Below are positions 11,935 through 28,396 of a stretch of DNA of 64,000 nt, one piece after another; the first letter of the stretch is position 1; the number at the start of each line of letters is the position of its first letter. The translations under genes and the position numbers were made by a program. The DNA comes from the human T2T-CHM13v2.0 reference genome, Homo sapiens: the NCBI RefSeq assembly GCF_009914755.1, contig NC_060946.1; one strand, written 5' to 3'. Below the pieces are notes generated by a model. That model was not told the DNA's origin, did not search any database, and worked only from the letters and a program-made list of their open reading frames with translations.

Positions 11935-12770
11935 CTGTCAGATAGGGAGGGGACAGGAGGACAATGGGGGACACCCCTTTTGACACACCGGCTGCCTCCA
12001 CTAGAAGGTGAGCCATTTTCAGCCAATTCAACCATCTAATCCAGATCTGTGCCATGGGTGCCCAGCCCCTTGCCAGTCACAAGCAGGTGCTTGGGGAGGG
12101 TCCTGGTGAGCTGCCCCACCCAATGGTGCAAGGGCCAGACCGAGAGTGTCCATCCCCCTCCCCCCAACCCCGAGGCCTGCTCCAACAGAAGCGGGATCTG
12201 CCGAGTGTTTACAGCCCCATGGCAGATGGCCTCCTCTCAGCTCTCTGAACCAGGAGACTCCTCTGAGACACCCCCAGGGAGAGCTGGAGGAGGAGGAAGG
12301 AAGGCTCAGATCTCTGCATCTGCCTGACTTATTCTGTCCCCTAGCCAGAGGCCACTGCACCCCGCACTATTGTGTGGCTGCCATTTGGATCTGAGCACCC
12401 TTGCAGGGAGCTCTGGAATTCTGCGGGAGCCACAGCAGGGGGAGCGGAGTTAGCCTCAGCTGGCTCAGCGGCTACGAGGTCAGCCCGGCAGCCTGCATTA
12501 TTAAACCATCTATCTGGCTCCCTCCAGGGAGATGCTGGGGGTGGGGGCAGGCTGCTGCCTGGGTCCGGAACTGGGGCAGCCGGCAGCTCCTGGGAGCTGG
12601 AGGTCACCGGCCTCATGGCTGGGCTTGTCACTGCTGACCTGCTGCCGGCTCCGAGGTTCCAGATGCTGTAGGGGCTAGAAAGGAGCTGACTGGCTGGTTT
12701 CTTCATGTTCTTTTTTCTGCTCAAAAACTTCTGGTCTCTGACTCCACAGGGTAAAGCGCCAGCTCCTTAC

Positions 12771-12810
12771 GCTGGCATCTGGAGTTTTCTGCAACCTGGC
12801 CACACTCTTC
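12771..12810 (-). pseudogene. MAM-domain middle exon remnant
   Basis: TTTTAG acceptor and GTAAGG donor. Translates KSVARLQ/ENSRCQ (cf. GxxARLxSP...CQ). Confidence 0.55.
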
Positions 12811-13107
12811 CTAAAATCGTAATAATAGCTCAAAAAGGAGGTGTTTACTCTCCTTCAGGCTTGGTGCCATGTGCTCTACATGAATTAAAGTCTCTGTGAA
12901 TAATGACAACAATCTACGAGGTACTTCTGTTATTCTCATTTGACTGCAGAGGCTCAGAGATGCTAAGCAATTTGACCAGGATCACACAGTGAAGAAGAGG
13001 CGATGATTCCCCCAGGCTTTCCTGCTGATGCAGCCAGGCTGTGGCCACGAGACGCTGGGGATATTTTAGGCTCAAAGCCCCATTCTTAGCCCTACAATCG
13101 CTTGTCA

Positions 13108-13271
13108 CTTCCCAGAGTCATGCCTTTCCTGAGGTTCTCTCACTGTAGAATCTGGGGGACTGACGGTCCCTGGGGAGGGGGATGCATTGTATATATTCCC
13201 AAGACTCCATGGCAAAGGGAGGGTTTGTGTGGCTGCTACCAAGTTACTCAGGCTCAAATCCCAGATGCTAC
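13108..13271 (-). pseudogene. MAM-domain N-terminal exon remnant
   Basis: CAG acceptor. Translates PWSLGNIYNASPSPGTVSPPDST (cf. W...TPSxGTGPxxDHT), with a degenerate CDFE..W.Q upstream. Confidence 0.62.
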
Positions 13272-13769
13272 CTGAATGCCACCTGGATGCCACCTGGGCT
13301 CCTGTCAGCTCTGCCTGCTAAACCTAGCCCCTCCTCTCTCCCTCACTGCCACAGAAGCAAAGGCAGGTGGGTCCCATTCACCTTTGCGTGCTCAGGGTCT
13401 GGCATGCAGATGGCACTCCAAAAATATTTGCTAAGGAAAATGATCAAGTGTATGCCTGCGTGAACAAACGAAGGAAGAAAAGAAGAGGGAGTGGCCAGCA
13501 TGAGGAGAGAAAACGGATGGGTGAACAGGAAGGCTGGTGAATTCGGCTCTGCCCTAGGGACCAGGGGTGGGCACTGGGCAAAGGAAATCTTCACACAAGA
13601 AGAGATGCTCCAGGAACCTGCCTGACAGGTGGGAGGAGCACGCAGGCAGGGCGCCTGGAAGGGGCAAGGCGTGGAGGAAGATTTGAGAGGGGGCAGTAAG
13701 AGCAGGCCACAGAAGAGGCCTTGGTCTCACTCAGATCCTTCCGGTAGTTCTGACTGGTTTCTCCAAAAT

Positions 13770-13875
13770 CTCCCCATTTTCTCTCATCTCCTGCTTTCTG
13801 TCTGCCCTCATGCTTGGAGGCCATGGAACTCCAGCTCACATGGCCCATCACAACTCATTCTCAGAGCAAGCACTG
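13770..13875 (-). pseudogene. LDLa exon remnant
   Basis: ACSENEL / DGPC / KHEGRQ..GDERKWG across frameshifts (cf. CxxxEFxC..GxC...CDGxxDC.DGSDExxCG). Confidence 0.5.
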
Positions 13876-14159
13876 GCACAGCCTTGGCATCTGACACCTA
13901 GCTGTGCCTTAGTTCTGCCAGGTCTGGCCAGGGCGGTGATAGGGACTTCCCCTCTCTTCCGCCATAGACCCAGCTCTGGTCACAGCCAAGACCCCAGCTC
14001 CCCACACCCAGAGGAGAAGGCTGGAGCAGGGCCTGGAGATGGGAAGGGATTTGTGAGCCAGGCGGGCTCCTTTGAAGTGGGACCTCTCCTTCCTACCAGG
14101 GGCTGAGTGGGACCAGGAGGGGAGCCTGTGTCAGGGCCACAGCCATGCAGGCTGGAGTC

Positions 14160-14265
14160 CAGGGCAGTCCCCAGACTCCTTGGAGAGGATAACAAGACCC
14201 CTCACCACGTAGGAGCGGCTCCCTTGTGCCAGGTTGTAGATATGCCGCCATGTCCTCATGACAAC
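14160..14265 (-). pseudogene. MAM-domain final exon remnant
   Basis: CCCCTCAG acceptor in phase 0. Translates VVMRT...QGSRSYVVRGLVILSKES (cf. IVFE...SYIAIDDIxLSxEC). Confidence 0.5.
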
Positions 14266-14274
14266 CTGAGGGGA

Positions 14275-14700
14275 TGTCATCAGTCCCCAGGACTCATTGG
14301 TTGTAAGTGACAGAAACCCAACTTAAACCAGTTTGAACTGGATTACACTCAAAGGTGATATCTTGACTCCCATAACAGGGCAGGCTGCCTTGAGGAAGAC
14401 TGGGAAGGAGGAGGAGGCCATCTTGAATGCCATCAACATCCTCTCTTTGTGCTGTAGTTCTCTCAGGCCCACTGTCCCTGCTGCAGGAGAACCAGGAGCC
14501 TCCACAGGCCCAGACTTACGGCCTGACAGATTCATGGCCAGAGTGGGAAGAGCTTCTCTTCCCATTCCAAGCTGAACAATTCTAGGAAAGGACTCTGATT
14601 GGCCCAGCGTGGGTCACATGCTTATCCCTTGGACCAATTGCTGTGGCCAGGGTGACCCAGCCTGGGTCAGGTACCCCTGCCCTTGTAACCAGGGAGAGGA
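14275..14700 (-). mobile_element. Old MLT1 LTR
   Basis: GGTTGTAAGTGACAGAAACCCAACTTAAA...GATTGGCCCAGCGTGGGTCACATGC. Confidence 0.65.
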
Positions 14701-14764
14701 CCTGTCAGCAGAGGAACTGGGAGGGACCCTGGCCAGACAACAGCAACAGCAGCAGCGCAGGGAC

Positions 14765-15610
<846 letters not shown>

Positions 15611-16125
15611 GCTTCCTTCGCTTAACAGATAGGCCTTAAACTGAGGCCTGGAGAGGTGAAGCTGCTTGCACTGGAGTGATGGTAGGGCAGGAGGTGAACC
15701 AGGCCCATCTGACTCCCATTATCCCACATTCATTGGAGTTTTAGGCAGGGAAACTGAGACAGAAGCCCAGCTCTAAGAGTGGGAAGGTGAAAAAAGCTGT
15801 ACCATGGAGTCTATTCGGTATGCAGCAAGAAAACTGAGCCCAAGACTTCTTTTTTCGGGGGTAAGGCCCCATCAGAATGGGCCTGGGGGCCTGGAAGCCA
15901 TGGTAGATGCCAGCCAAGAGGAGTGGGGAAAGGAAACGGGGGCAGGCACGAGGACCATGGGAAGGAAGAATGAAGGAAGGAGGGAGTGGTGAGCACAACT
16001 GCTGGAGCAATCCAGGAAGTCTCCTTGGAAGAGAAAGCCACAATTTTAAGAACAGTCAAGAGAGCAGCTCAGGTGTGAGGTCCTTCCCAGGAGACAGAGA
16101 GTAAAGTATTTAAGACCACAGGCCA

Positions 16126-16417
<292 letters not shown>

Positions 16418-16603
16418 GACCACAGACCCTGGAGTCCGAGAGGCCTGGGTTTAAACCCTTGTGCTACCACTTCCTGACTGGTGATCTTGGGCAAGTCACT
16501 GCTTCCCAAACTAATGGGGTTTTCTAGCCCCCAGGTCTTGCCTGTCCTGCTCACCTGTCTGAAACGGTCATTCCTGAACCAGCCCCCGACCTCCCCAGCC
16601 TGA

Positions 16604-16782
16604 ACCAGCTACCGATTTTGTGAAGCTCAGTGAAAAATGAAAATCTGGACTCTGGACTCCTTGTTCAAAAATTATTATGAATTTCAAGACAGCAATAGCA
16701 GAGCATTAAACCAAGCACGGGATCCTTCCAGGTGGGGAGCCCTGAGCGAGTGCGCAGGTTACATACCCTTGAGGCTGGCCCC
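16604..16782 (-). mobile_element. MER45A-like hAT-Tip100 element
   Basis: TTGTTCAAAAATTATTATGAATTTCAAGACAGCAATAGCAGAGCATTAAACCAAGCACGG. Confidence 0.75.
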
Positions 16783-17271
16783 GTCCCCGGCCTCAGTGAC
16801 CACCTGAGCCCTGTGATCTGATGTCCATATTTTCTCTGCAGTTCCTTAACTGTTAATCACAAGCTGTCTGCCGCAGCTGCTCAGACCGTCATATCGAACG
16901 GTTGCTTCACTCACACATGTGTTTTCTTGTCTTGCCCTGGGTGGAAGGTTAGATGCAATGGACTCCAAGGTGCATCCAACAGTTAAATTTGATGTCCTTT
17001 AATTTAATGGCTCTAATATTTTTCACCGGGAAGCTTCTGAGCTTAAAATGCTGAGTCAAGGGGTCAGAGCTTCCCCTGTGCGGTCTCAAAACCCTGATGA
17101 TCCCCAGGCAGTTTGGAGGTTTCAGATGAAAGAAGGTTGTTAGAATTTCATTCACTGACATTTTGCAAATTTGAAATGTGAAATTAATTGCGATTTTTGC
17201 AGGAATTGCTCAGTTCTTCAAGGTGCTGTGTGTACTATACAGTCCATCCATCCAAAATGGGTCCAAAGGAA

Positions 17272-17580
17272 ACCGGGTGCCATGGCTTATGCCTGTAATC
17301 CCAGCACTTTGGGAGGTCAAGATGGGAGGATCATCCAGCTCAGGAATTTGAGACCAGCCTGGGCAACACAATAAGACCCCATCTCTACCAAAAAAAAAAA
17401 AAAAAATCAATCAGGCACAGTGGTGTCATCTGTAGTCCCAGCTACTTGGGAGGCTGAGGTGGGAAGATCACTTGAGCCCAGGAGGTGTGGCTACAGTGAG
17501 CTATGATTGTACCACTGCACTCCAGCCTGGGTAACAGAGCAAGAACCTGTCTCCAAAAACAAAAACAAAAACAAAAACAA
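17272..17580 (+). mobile_element. AluJ
   Basis: Diverged Alu with an (AAAAAC)n tail. Confidence 0.9.
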
Positions 17581-17799
17581 GGGGTTCCTCAACAGCCCTG
17601 AGCCTGGCTGGCACATTTTTACATGTTTTGCATAACTACTTGTTAACTTTGCATTTTCTCCCCTTATTATCGTCAAGAGGCGGAATATTGGAATCAACTG
17701 TACTCATCTCTTATCTCTTCCATGAGAACATATGCAAGTTGCTTAATCTCTCTGGGTCTCAATTTCTTTATCTGAGAAATGGAGATTAAATGAGTTCTA

Positions 17800-18335
17800 T
17801 GTCTTCTGGTGATCATTGCTAATTAGAAATTCTAGTGGTGCGAAAAAAAAAAAGGCACACCTGCTTTATTTTGCTCAAAATTTTGTGGGTCAAGAATGGA
17901 AGGGCTTAGCTGGGTTGTTTTTGCTTGGGGTTTTCATGCAGTTAGCCTCAGATGTCTGCTGGAGCTGCCATTATCTGATAGCTCAGCTGGGATGGGTACA
18001 ATCAAGATGGTTCACCCACACAGCTGGCACCTGATGCCTGCCATCGGTTGGCAGCTCTGTTGGAGCTGGTGACTGAAGTGGCTATCTGCAGCAGAGCAGA
18101 ACCAGAGGAGCCGGGCTTATTACATGGCAGCTGACTTCCCCCAGAACAAGCATCCCGGGAGAAACAGGAGGAAAACACTTGCCCTTGGAAATGACAAAAC
18201 ATCACTTCTGCTGTTTTCTATTGATATAATAGAGTCACTAAGTCCAGCCCACAATTAAAAGGAAGGGACATAGACCCCACCCTTCAACAGGAAGAGTGTC
18301 CAAAATTGGGGTCATGTTTTAAAACCACCACAGTA
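17800..18335 (-). mobile_element. MLT1 LTR
   Basis: TTATTTTGCTCAAAATTTTGTGGGTCAAGAA...GTCACTAAGTCCAGCCCAC...TTTTAAAACCACCACA. Confidence 0.7.
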
Positions 18336-18352
18336 TTTATAAAAAGCACTTA

Positions 18353-18651
<299 letters not shown>

Positions 18652-18714
18652 GCACCTAGAATAGTGCCCAGCACATAGTTGGCCCTACGTATTTCCTGTT
18701 GTATTAAGCCCCAA

Positions 18715-19390
18715 ATGACCAAAATGGGTGGATAATGCAAAATGGTTGTTGAAACATCGAAGTGGGGATGAAAATATTAACAAAAATTCTATGATTCAGA
18801 ATACAACACAATCATAAGTGGTAAGTAGGATTTTTATATGCCTGTGGAATGTGCTGGTTCGGAAATGTATGATTTTGCACAAACAAAGAAGAAAAATAAA
18901 AATAGAAAGTGCAACCCTAAATACCTGAAAGAGGAGACGCATCATACCTCTGACCGGTGTGAGCTCTCTTATCTCAGGTGGCTGGTGGTGGCTGGAAGCC
19001 TTTGAAATGTTTTCATGTTTCCCCTACAAAACAAGGTATCACTCCAGGGAACCATTGGAATTTTTTTAGAACAAGCACAAAATAAAACTTTCCAGTACAA
19101 AATTGATGACTTCCATCACTGAAGGCAGAGAAGCAACCAAAAGCACAGAGGTATTATTCAAAGTGGCTTGCTGTGTAGAAAAGCCAGGTACAAGCCATTC
19201 TATTGCCAAGACACTTATAAAGCTAGTCACACACTGAGTGACAAGTCAGAGAGAACAGGTTAGGCTATTGGCAGGTAACACTACTGGTGGAGAGGGGCTT
19301 GAAATTCATGGCAAACAATATGGAAGGTCCATAATTGTCATATGTGCATGCCAGCAGATATTTCACTAGCAGATGAGCAAAGCTGCTGGT
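18715..19390 (+). mobile_element. hAT (Charlie/Buster-type) transposase fossil
   Basis: Decayed translation KNRKCNPKYLK, KPLK..H..TK, EPLEFF, KSTEVLFKVACCVEKPGTSHSIAKTLIK and MANNME...ASRYF matches the Buster/ZBED5-type N-terminus. Confidence 0.75.
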
Positions 19391-19427
19391 GAACAGGACG
19401 TATCAGACTTGGGTGGCAGGCACATCC

Positions 19428-19467
19428 CCCATCTTTCTCTTAACGGACCCATCTTTCTCTTAACGGA
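19428..19467. repeat. Perfect 2x20 bp tandem duplication
   Basis: CCCATCTTTCTCTTAACGGA x2. Confidence 0.9.
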
Positions 19468-19489
19468 GCCCTCGAGGAGGCAGTGCACC

Positions 19490-19780
19490 CTGTTCTAAGC
19501 CAGTCTTGAGATCCTGGTTCCTGATTTCCCAGCCTCCCTTGCAGCTAGGGATACCCATGTGACCCAGTCTGACCAATGAGATCTAAGCAGAAAGCAGCTA
19601 GTGCATTTCTAAAGAAATTTTTTCCTTTCCTTTTAAAAGACATGAGATACAACCAGTGGGGCCCCACCTTTCTTCCACCTTCTTCCTGTTTGGAATGCTG
19701 GTGGTGATGCTGGAGCCCACTGTGGAAGCCATCTTGTCCCACCTTGAGGCTTCTTGTCACGTGAGGAAGCCCCAACCCCT
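19490..19780 (+). mobile_element. MLT1 LTR fragment
   Basis: TTTCCCAGCCTCCCTTGCAGCTAGG...CATGTGACCCAGTCTGACCAATGAGAT. Confidence 0.7.
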
Positions 19781-20059
19781 GCAGCAGACAGATGCCTCCT
19801 CTGCCCCAAAATTTCCTACTGCTCTTCCCCATCTTCACTCAAGCCATCCATGACCTTGCTTCCCATTTCACTGAGAGAGCAGAAATTATCCAAAGAGCTT
19901 CCACCAACACCTACATTCCTCTTTCCGAGCCTGATCTGTCAACTCTGCCCCTCACGAAGGTCCACCTCCACTGTGCCCTATACCCAGCCCTCTTACTTCC
20001 TTAAGGAGGGCACTCCTGCAGTGTGTACCCCTCTTTCTCCTGCATTTTCATTTTTCTTT

Positions 20060-20362
20060 TTCCTTTTCTTGAGAAAGGGTCTCTGATGCCCAGGCTGGAG
20101 TGCAGTGGCATCATCATGTTTCATTATAGCCTTGAACTCCTGGTCCTGGGCTCAAGCGATCCTCCCGCCTCAGCCTCCCAAGTAGCTGGGACTACAGGTG
20201 CACACCACCACACCTGGCTAATTTTTTTTTTTTTTTTTGGTATTTTTTGTAGAGACAGGGTTTTGCCATGTTGCCCAGGCTGGTCTCGAACTCCTGGGCT
20301 TAAGCGATCCGCCTCAGCCTCCCAGGTAGCTGGGACTACAGGCATGAGCCCTGTACCCAGCC
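20060..20362 (-). mobile_element. AluJ (rearranged)
   Basis: Antisense Alu with CTCCTGCATTTTCATTTT flanks. Confidence 0.85.
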
Positions 20363-20405
20363 CTCCTGCATTTTCATTTTTCCTTCTCCAGGTTCATTAC
20401 CATCA

Positions 20406-20610
<205 letters not shown>

Positions 20611-21019
20611 GTCTCAACAGCACATCCCCAGTTCTCTCCTTTCCTTAATAGAAAGAAGATATATCCAAAGAGCTCCCTTTTTTTCACCCCAATTCCTATG
20701 CATTAGGAACTAGACTCTCCAGGCTTTGCCCTTCCATGTCACTGATATGACTTCGTCAAGGTCTCCAGGGACTCCAGCGGCCAGACATTCACCCTGCCTC
20801 TGACGCGCCCGTCAGCTACAATAGACTCAGCCGGTCACCCCCTCCTCCTTGAAGCGCTCTCCTTCTGGCTTCCAGGACACTAGGCTCTCCTCTCACTTGA
20901 ATGCAAGCTCTGGAAGAAATAGGATGTTTGTCATCTTGCCCACTGCTGTATCCTCACCGCCTAAAACAGTGCTTAGCAACAGTGGGGGCTCAACTCTCTT
21001 CACTGAATTCATGAAGAGA

Positions 21020-21480
21020 CTGCTGGTTGTACCTCAATATCCACTCTCCCCTTCTTCTACAGTAATATTAATAGTTTTAGCTGAGTCCATGGCTGCCTAG
21101 ATAAAGACTACATTTCCCAGCTTACCATGCACTTGGGCATGGCCACATGACTGGATTCCGGTCAATGAAATGAGGGCAGAAATGAGTTGTGCAATTTCCT
21201 GTTCATGCCCTCCAAAGAAAAGGTATGTTCCTCCCTTTGTTTTTCTGCCCTTTCCATGGGCTGAAATGCAGATATGATGGCAGGAGCTGCAGCAGCCATC
21301 GTAAACCAGATGGTGAAGCCACCTGCAGGTTGAGGAAGATGGGTAACAAAATAAAAGGGACACCCACTCAGCATTGCTCACATTATGTTCAGATTGTCAC
21401 TGACAGAGAAGTAAATGTCTGTCTTATTTAAATCATGGTGATTTTGGCTTTTGTTACAGCAGACAGACCTGTACTCTGAG
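21020..21480 (+). mobile_element. MLT1 LTR
   Basis: GACTACATTTCCCAG...GGCCACATGACT...TTTAAATCA...TTTGTTACAGCAG. Confidence 0.75.
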
Positions 21481-21739
21481 GAATGCACTGTTATTTATTA
21501 AACCAATTGTAGTTTGATTTTCCGTAACTTGCAACCTGATCCATCCATCCAGGAGGGAAATGGGTACCACTATTTCTTTGGGTCCTGTTCATCACGTAAC
21601 AGTGATGCTATAAGGGAGGACATTTATGGGGTAAGTTAATGAATACTTTGTGAGATAGAAAGGGACTCTGGGAACCGGGCCGGCAGAGTGCCCACCATGT
21701 GGGCTGCCAGGAAGGGCACCGCTATGTGGATGGAGGCAC

Positions 21740-21960
21740 CTGCTCCAGAATGTCAACACTCGGCACTTATTCACAGCGAGCAGCTGGTGGGCAACAATGT
21801 GCCTCCCAATCTTCATGCAGCACAGAGAGAAACTGAGAACATTACAATTAAACCCAGGCCACTGAGTGGACATCGTTTTAGCCAGCTGTCAGAAGAGACA
21901 GGCAGAACAAAACTGCTTTTCCAACCTGAGCAACTCTCACTGTGGAATAAATGTGCATGC
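21740..21960 (-). pseudogene. MAM-domain remnant
   Basis: [13 protein letters not shown]...[13 protein letters not shown] followed by KCRVLTFW (cf. CxFExxxCGW...W...P.SGTGP; CxLxFWY). Confidence 0.55.
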
Positions 21961-22029
21961 CAAGTTTTTTTAAATGAGGGGCAAGATTTTTTCAATCTTT
22001 TTAATCTTGCTTTTGAAAAATTTTTTAAA

Positions 22030-22594
<565 letters not shown>

Positions 22595-22849
22595 AGTATC
22601 TGTATGACACAATAATGCCATTGAAAACCATTCCTTTGATTTTAAGAAACATGACTCAGTGACACAGTCAGCACCTTGAATATTCTGATTCTGTCACCTT
22701 GGAGCTAAAATACACTTTTCACATTTGATAAACTGTGGGGCAAAGTTCTTGATCCCCGACAGCCTGACTCTGTCCCAGTACTAGATGTTTTTGTCCACTG
22801 CTCGGGGGAAGAAATCAATGACACGGCAATGAGCGTATTAAAAACCACA

Positions 22850-23101
22850 TCCAAGCACTGCTGTCAAACAAGAAGGAATCCTCTCGAGTGTGAAATATTA
22901 AATACAACCAAAGCAGGGTCTAGGCCGTTTGTCTGGACAACTTTCCAGTTCTTGAGTGTGCTGTGTGGGATATCTTCTCTTCTGACAGGTACTGGAAGGA
23001 GGCTTCCATGATAAATCACCTTTTTGTCACTTCTGAGGCTGTGTCTAATCCCCAAATCCCAGAACAGGCACTTGTGGGTGCCATCTCTGACCGCCTGCAG
23101 C
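22850..23101 (-). pseudogene. MAM-domain second-half exon remnant
   Basis: TAG acceptor. One frame reads HKCLFWDLG...KVIYH...LKNWKVVQTNGLDPALVVFNISHSRGFLLV*QQC (cf. CLxF...WxxxxV...PFQVVFE...RGxIAVD...C). Confidence 0.62.
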
Positions 23102-23363
23102 CTAGCAAGGGGCTATTGGCTTTGGGGAGATGAAGAGTGCAAGGAAAGAAGCTGTCTAGATAGGAAACATGAGCTGCTGGCCGAACTAGCTTGCCATCAA
23201 GACAGCCGGGACCATTTGTCCACTCAGCAAACAATGATTGAGGACCTACTACGCGCTGGGAACACAGGGCCTGGAGGCATGAAGGTGAACAGAAAAAAAA
23301 AAAAAAAAAGACAGAAGGATTGCAAACAGAATCATCACTCTCAGTGACACAAAACCTTGTTTA

Positions 23364-25270
<1,907 letters not shown>

Positions 25271-25280
25271 TTATATTTGA

Positions 25281-25595
<315 letters not shown>

Positions 25596-26780
25596 AATTT
25601 AGATTTTTTAATGATGACAAATCTGAGTTTACCTAATTGGTGGTGCACACGGGCACCCTGTGTCATCCTGTAGTCCAAAAGGTTACAAGTTTACGCGATG
25701 CTCCTCTGGAGTGTTTCAATTCTAAGATTCTGCAACTGAAGGCTGAAATTCTAAGATCTTTTCATGCTAGGATTAAGACCTGTGGCATTCCATTCTGAGG
25801 TTCAGAGAGACAGGATCTGTGAATTCACTTCCAGACCACCATGGTGTACGTGGGCTCAGCCTGCCCTGTCTTCTCCACACTGCTTGGGAGGAAGGCTGCC
25901 AGAGGCTAGGCAGCTAGGGAGGGGCAAGAACTCACCACCACCAGCAGCTGCAGCCATGGAGCTGGGACTGTGGGAATGGAGAGGAAGAAGTGGAGATGGG
26001 GACAGATGGAGGAGGAAAGAGCAAGACCTGGGGACCCACTGGAGAGAGGACAAAAGTCCCAGATCCCCTACCTGCCTGACTGGGGCTGGTGCAGTCAATA
26101 GGAAGGGCTGAGAGAAGAGAAAACCATTCACTCATTCAACAAACATCCACTGAGCACTGGGATGCCAGCTGGGAGCGGGGCCTATGGGGATGGAATGACC
26201 CAGCCCTGCCCTGTGCCCACTCTTGTGTGTCTCTACTTTCACCGAGTCTAAGCAGCCTGCCAAAGGTCTCCCCAAAAGAACCACTGCCACTCAATCATAG
26301 CCACCATGCATGCGGGGTTCACCCCATGCCGGCTTCATTCTGAGCGCTTTACCTAGATGATGAATTCTCACCACCTGCGCTACTTTACAGGTAAGGTGAC
26401 CGCAGCTCAGAGATGCTGAGTAGCTTCCCCAGGATCACACAGCTGGGGAGTGAAGGAGCCCACACTCGCCACCCCAAACTGCCTCTCTACATGCACAAGC
26501 CTTCTCTGAGGATCCTGAAGGTGAGACGTGGGAAGGGACTGACACACATTCCACAGAATCGGAGGTTTCCAAGTCCTCTCAGGGGGGTTTCCAAGTCCTC
26601 TCATCAATATCCCTCCATCTAGCCCCCTCAGGCTGTCTCTGGGTCCCCCTTCCTTCTGCCCAGATCCCTGCAGTGCCCACCCCACCCTCTGCAGCAACAA
26701 ATTTCTCTTCCTTCCGGAAAGCAGTGGCTGATATGCCCAACCTACCATGGCGGCCTCCACAGAAAGCCAGGCCCTCTCAC

Positions 26781-27002
26781 TCCCCGTGAGCAGTCAGGGC
26801 TGCTAAGAACAAACATTTTTCCCCTTTGTCACATAGAGTAATAGACTCTTGAAAAATCACATTCTGGGAGGCTCATGGCTGAATCTTATAATCTGAGACT
26901 CTCCATCAAAGAACCTCAGAGCCACCGACTAATAGAATCTCGAAGTCAGTGACTGGAGAATCCTACGATGCTGCACTCTCTCCATCACTGACTGGACAAC
27001 AG
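26781..27002 (-). pseudogene. MAM-domain N-terminal exon remnant (weak)
   Basis: CAG acceptor and GTGAGA donor. Translates TDFEILLVGGSEVL*WRV...DKGEKCLFL. Confidence 0.45.
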
Positions 27003-27149
27003 CTGGTGTCACAGAGCAGGGCAGGCAGGGAGGCTGAGGGATCGGGGGGGCAAGAAAGCCTTGGGGTACAGAGGACAGGGTGGGGTGCTGGAGGGAGGCC
27101 CAGCCTGTTGTCATGCTGGAGGAAGCAGTTGGTGGGTGAGGCCTGGCTT

Positions 27150-27260
27150 TGTTACTGATGGTTTTTAATTATGTAAATCAGCCCAGGGCCTGCGCCTGGC
27201 ACAGGCTTGGCATTCATCAGCTGGCAGCAGAATTAATCAATAAACAACCAGCTGGATGGG
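27150..27260. promoter_or_regulatory. Candidate developmental enhancer
   Basis: Dense TAAT cores, ATGTAAAT, TAAACAA and two CAGCTG E-boxes in non-repeat DNA. Confidence 0.4.
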
Positions 27261-28253
27261 CCTGGGCATGAATACCCAGCCACGCCCCCACCACCCCTCC
27301 AGAGGGGTCCTCCCAGGTGGGCAGGGGAGGAGCTACACGGAAGCTGCCGCTCCCGGCTGTCAGTGCAGTTGCACACACGCACGCACATGCACCTTGCGTG
27401 CGTCGGCAGCTTGGACTCACTGTGCATATGCACAGGTGAACACACCTGCACATACAGAGAGGTGTGGCATACAAAGCACGCACTCAGACCCTCCGCCCCC
27501 GCAGCCCAGCACACATGCAGGAATACAGCCGTAAGAGGCGAGGGCCTCGTTACAGCCTCACATTTCACAGCTCACAGCCACGCCATTCCCCTCTACAACC
27601 CGCCCTGGGAGGCTGGCTGGGATGGGCTGGGCTGGGCTGAAGCCCTCGTTTTACAGATGAGGAGACTGAGATCTAGAGAAGGGACTTGCCCAGCATCCTC
27701 CCCAGGGGTCCTTCCTCCCAACCCACCTCACTCCAAGGTACAAAGGGGCTGCAGGCCCAAGAGAACTGAGGAAGGAAAGTGAGAGGCACAGGCGCTGGTG
27801 GCCCCAAAGCTTCTGAGGCAAGGTCCCCTCCCTGAAAGCAGGGCCCTTGGTGACCTGGCAGAGAACAGGGCAGGACAGGTGACCCAGTGGGGGCACAGGC
27901 GGGGGCCGGGCAGGAGCAGGCGGTGGAGCTGGGCACCAAGGCCCTCTCTGCTCTCCAGGGAGCCATGATGGATGGCTGCCTCCCAGCCAGCGTGCTCACT
28001 CCTGCTCCCAGGGCTGCCCCATAAATCAGCTCCCTCATCTCTGCCGTGGCTGTTCCTTGATCGCTTTTCAGCATCGAGGGGAGAGGGGGAAGTTCACCAT
28101 CCCTAGCGGCAGGAGGGGGCTAGCAGCGAGGATCATAAAATTAATAGAAAGCTTTTCTCTTCCCCTTTTTGCCTTCTCTCAGCTTCCAGCTTTCTGCCAG
28201 CCTCTACCCCTCTCTGGCTGGGTCTCACTAAATACTGAGTGAGGAAATAGGAC

Positions 28254-28396
28254 CTGAGGCGTGGATGAATCTCCGAGACATCTAGCACTGTGTGTCTCTG
28301 TCGCAGCCTCAGCCACGGGGTTTCCTAGCAGCCCCCAAAGACAAGGAGAGGAAGCAGGAAGGTGTCCTTCCTGGTCCGAGCAGATCTCAAGTAGCT
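28254..28396 (-). pseudogene. LDLa exon remnant
   Basis: CCTCCTTCCAG acceptor. Translates ICSDQE...SSPCL / CDRDTQC / LDVSE.HP (cf. CDxxxDCxDGSDE). Confidence 0.5.

Noticed and set aside
23050-23080. CLFWD resembling an adhesion-GPCR GPS motif
   Set aside because: Lacks the following W..GC and C.C.HLT; the rest of the segment fits a MAM second half
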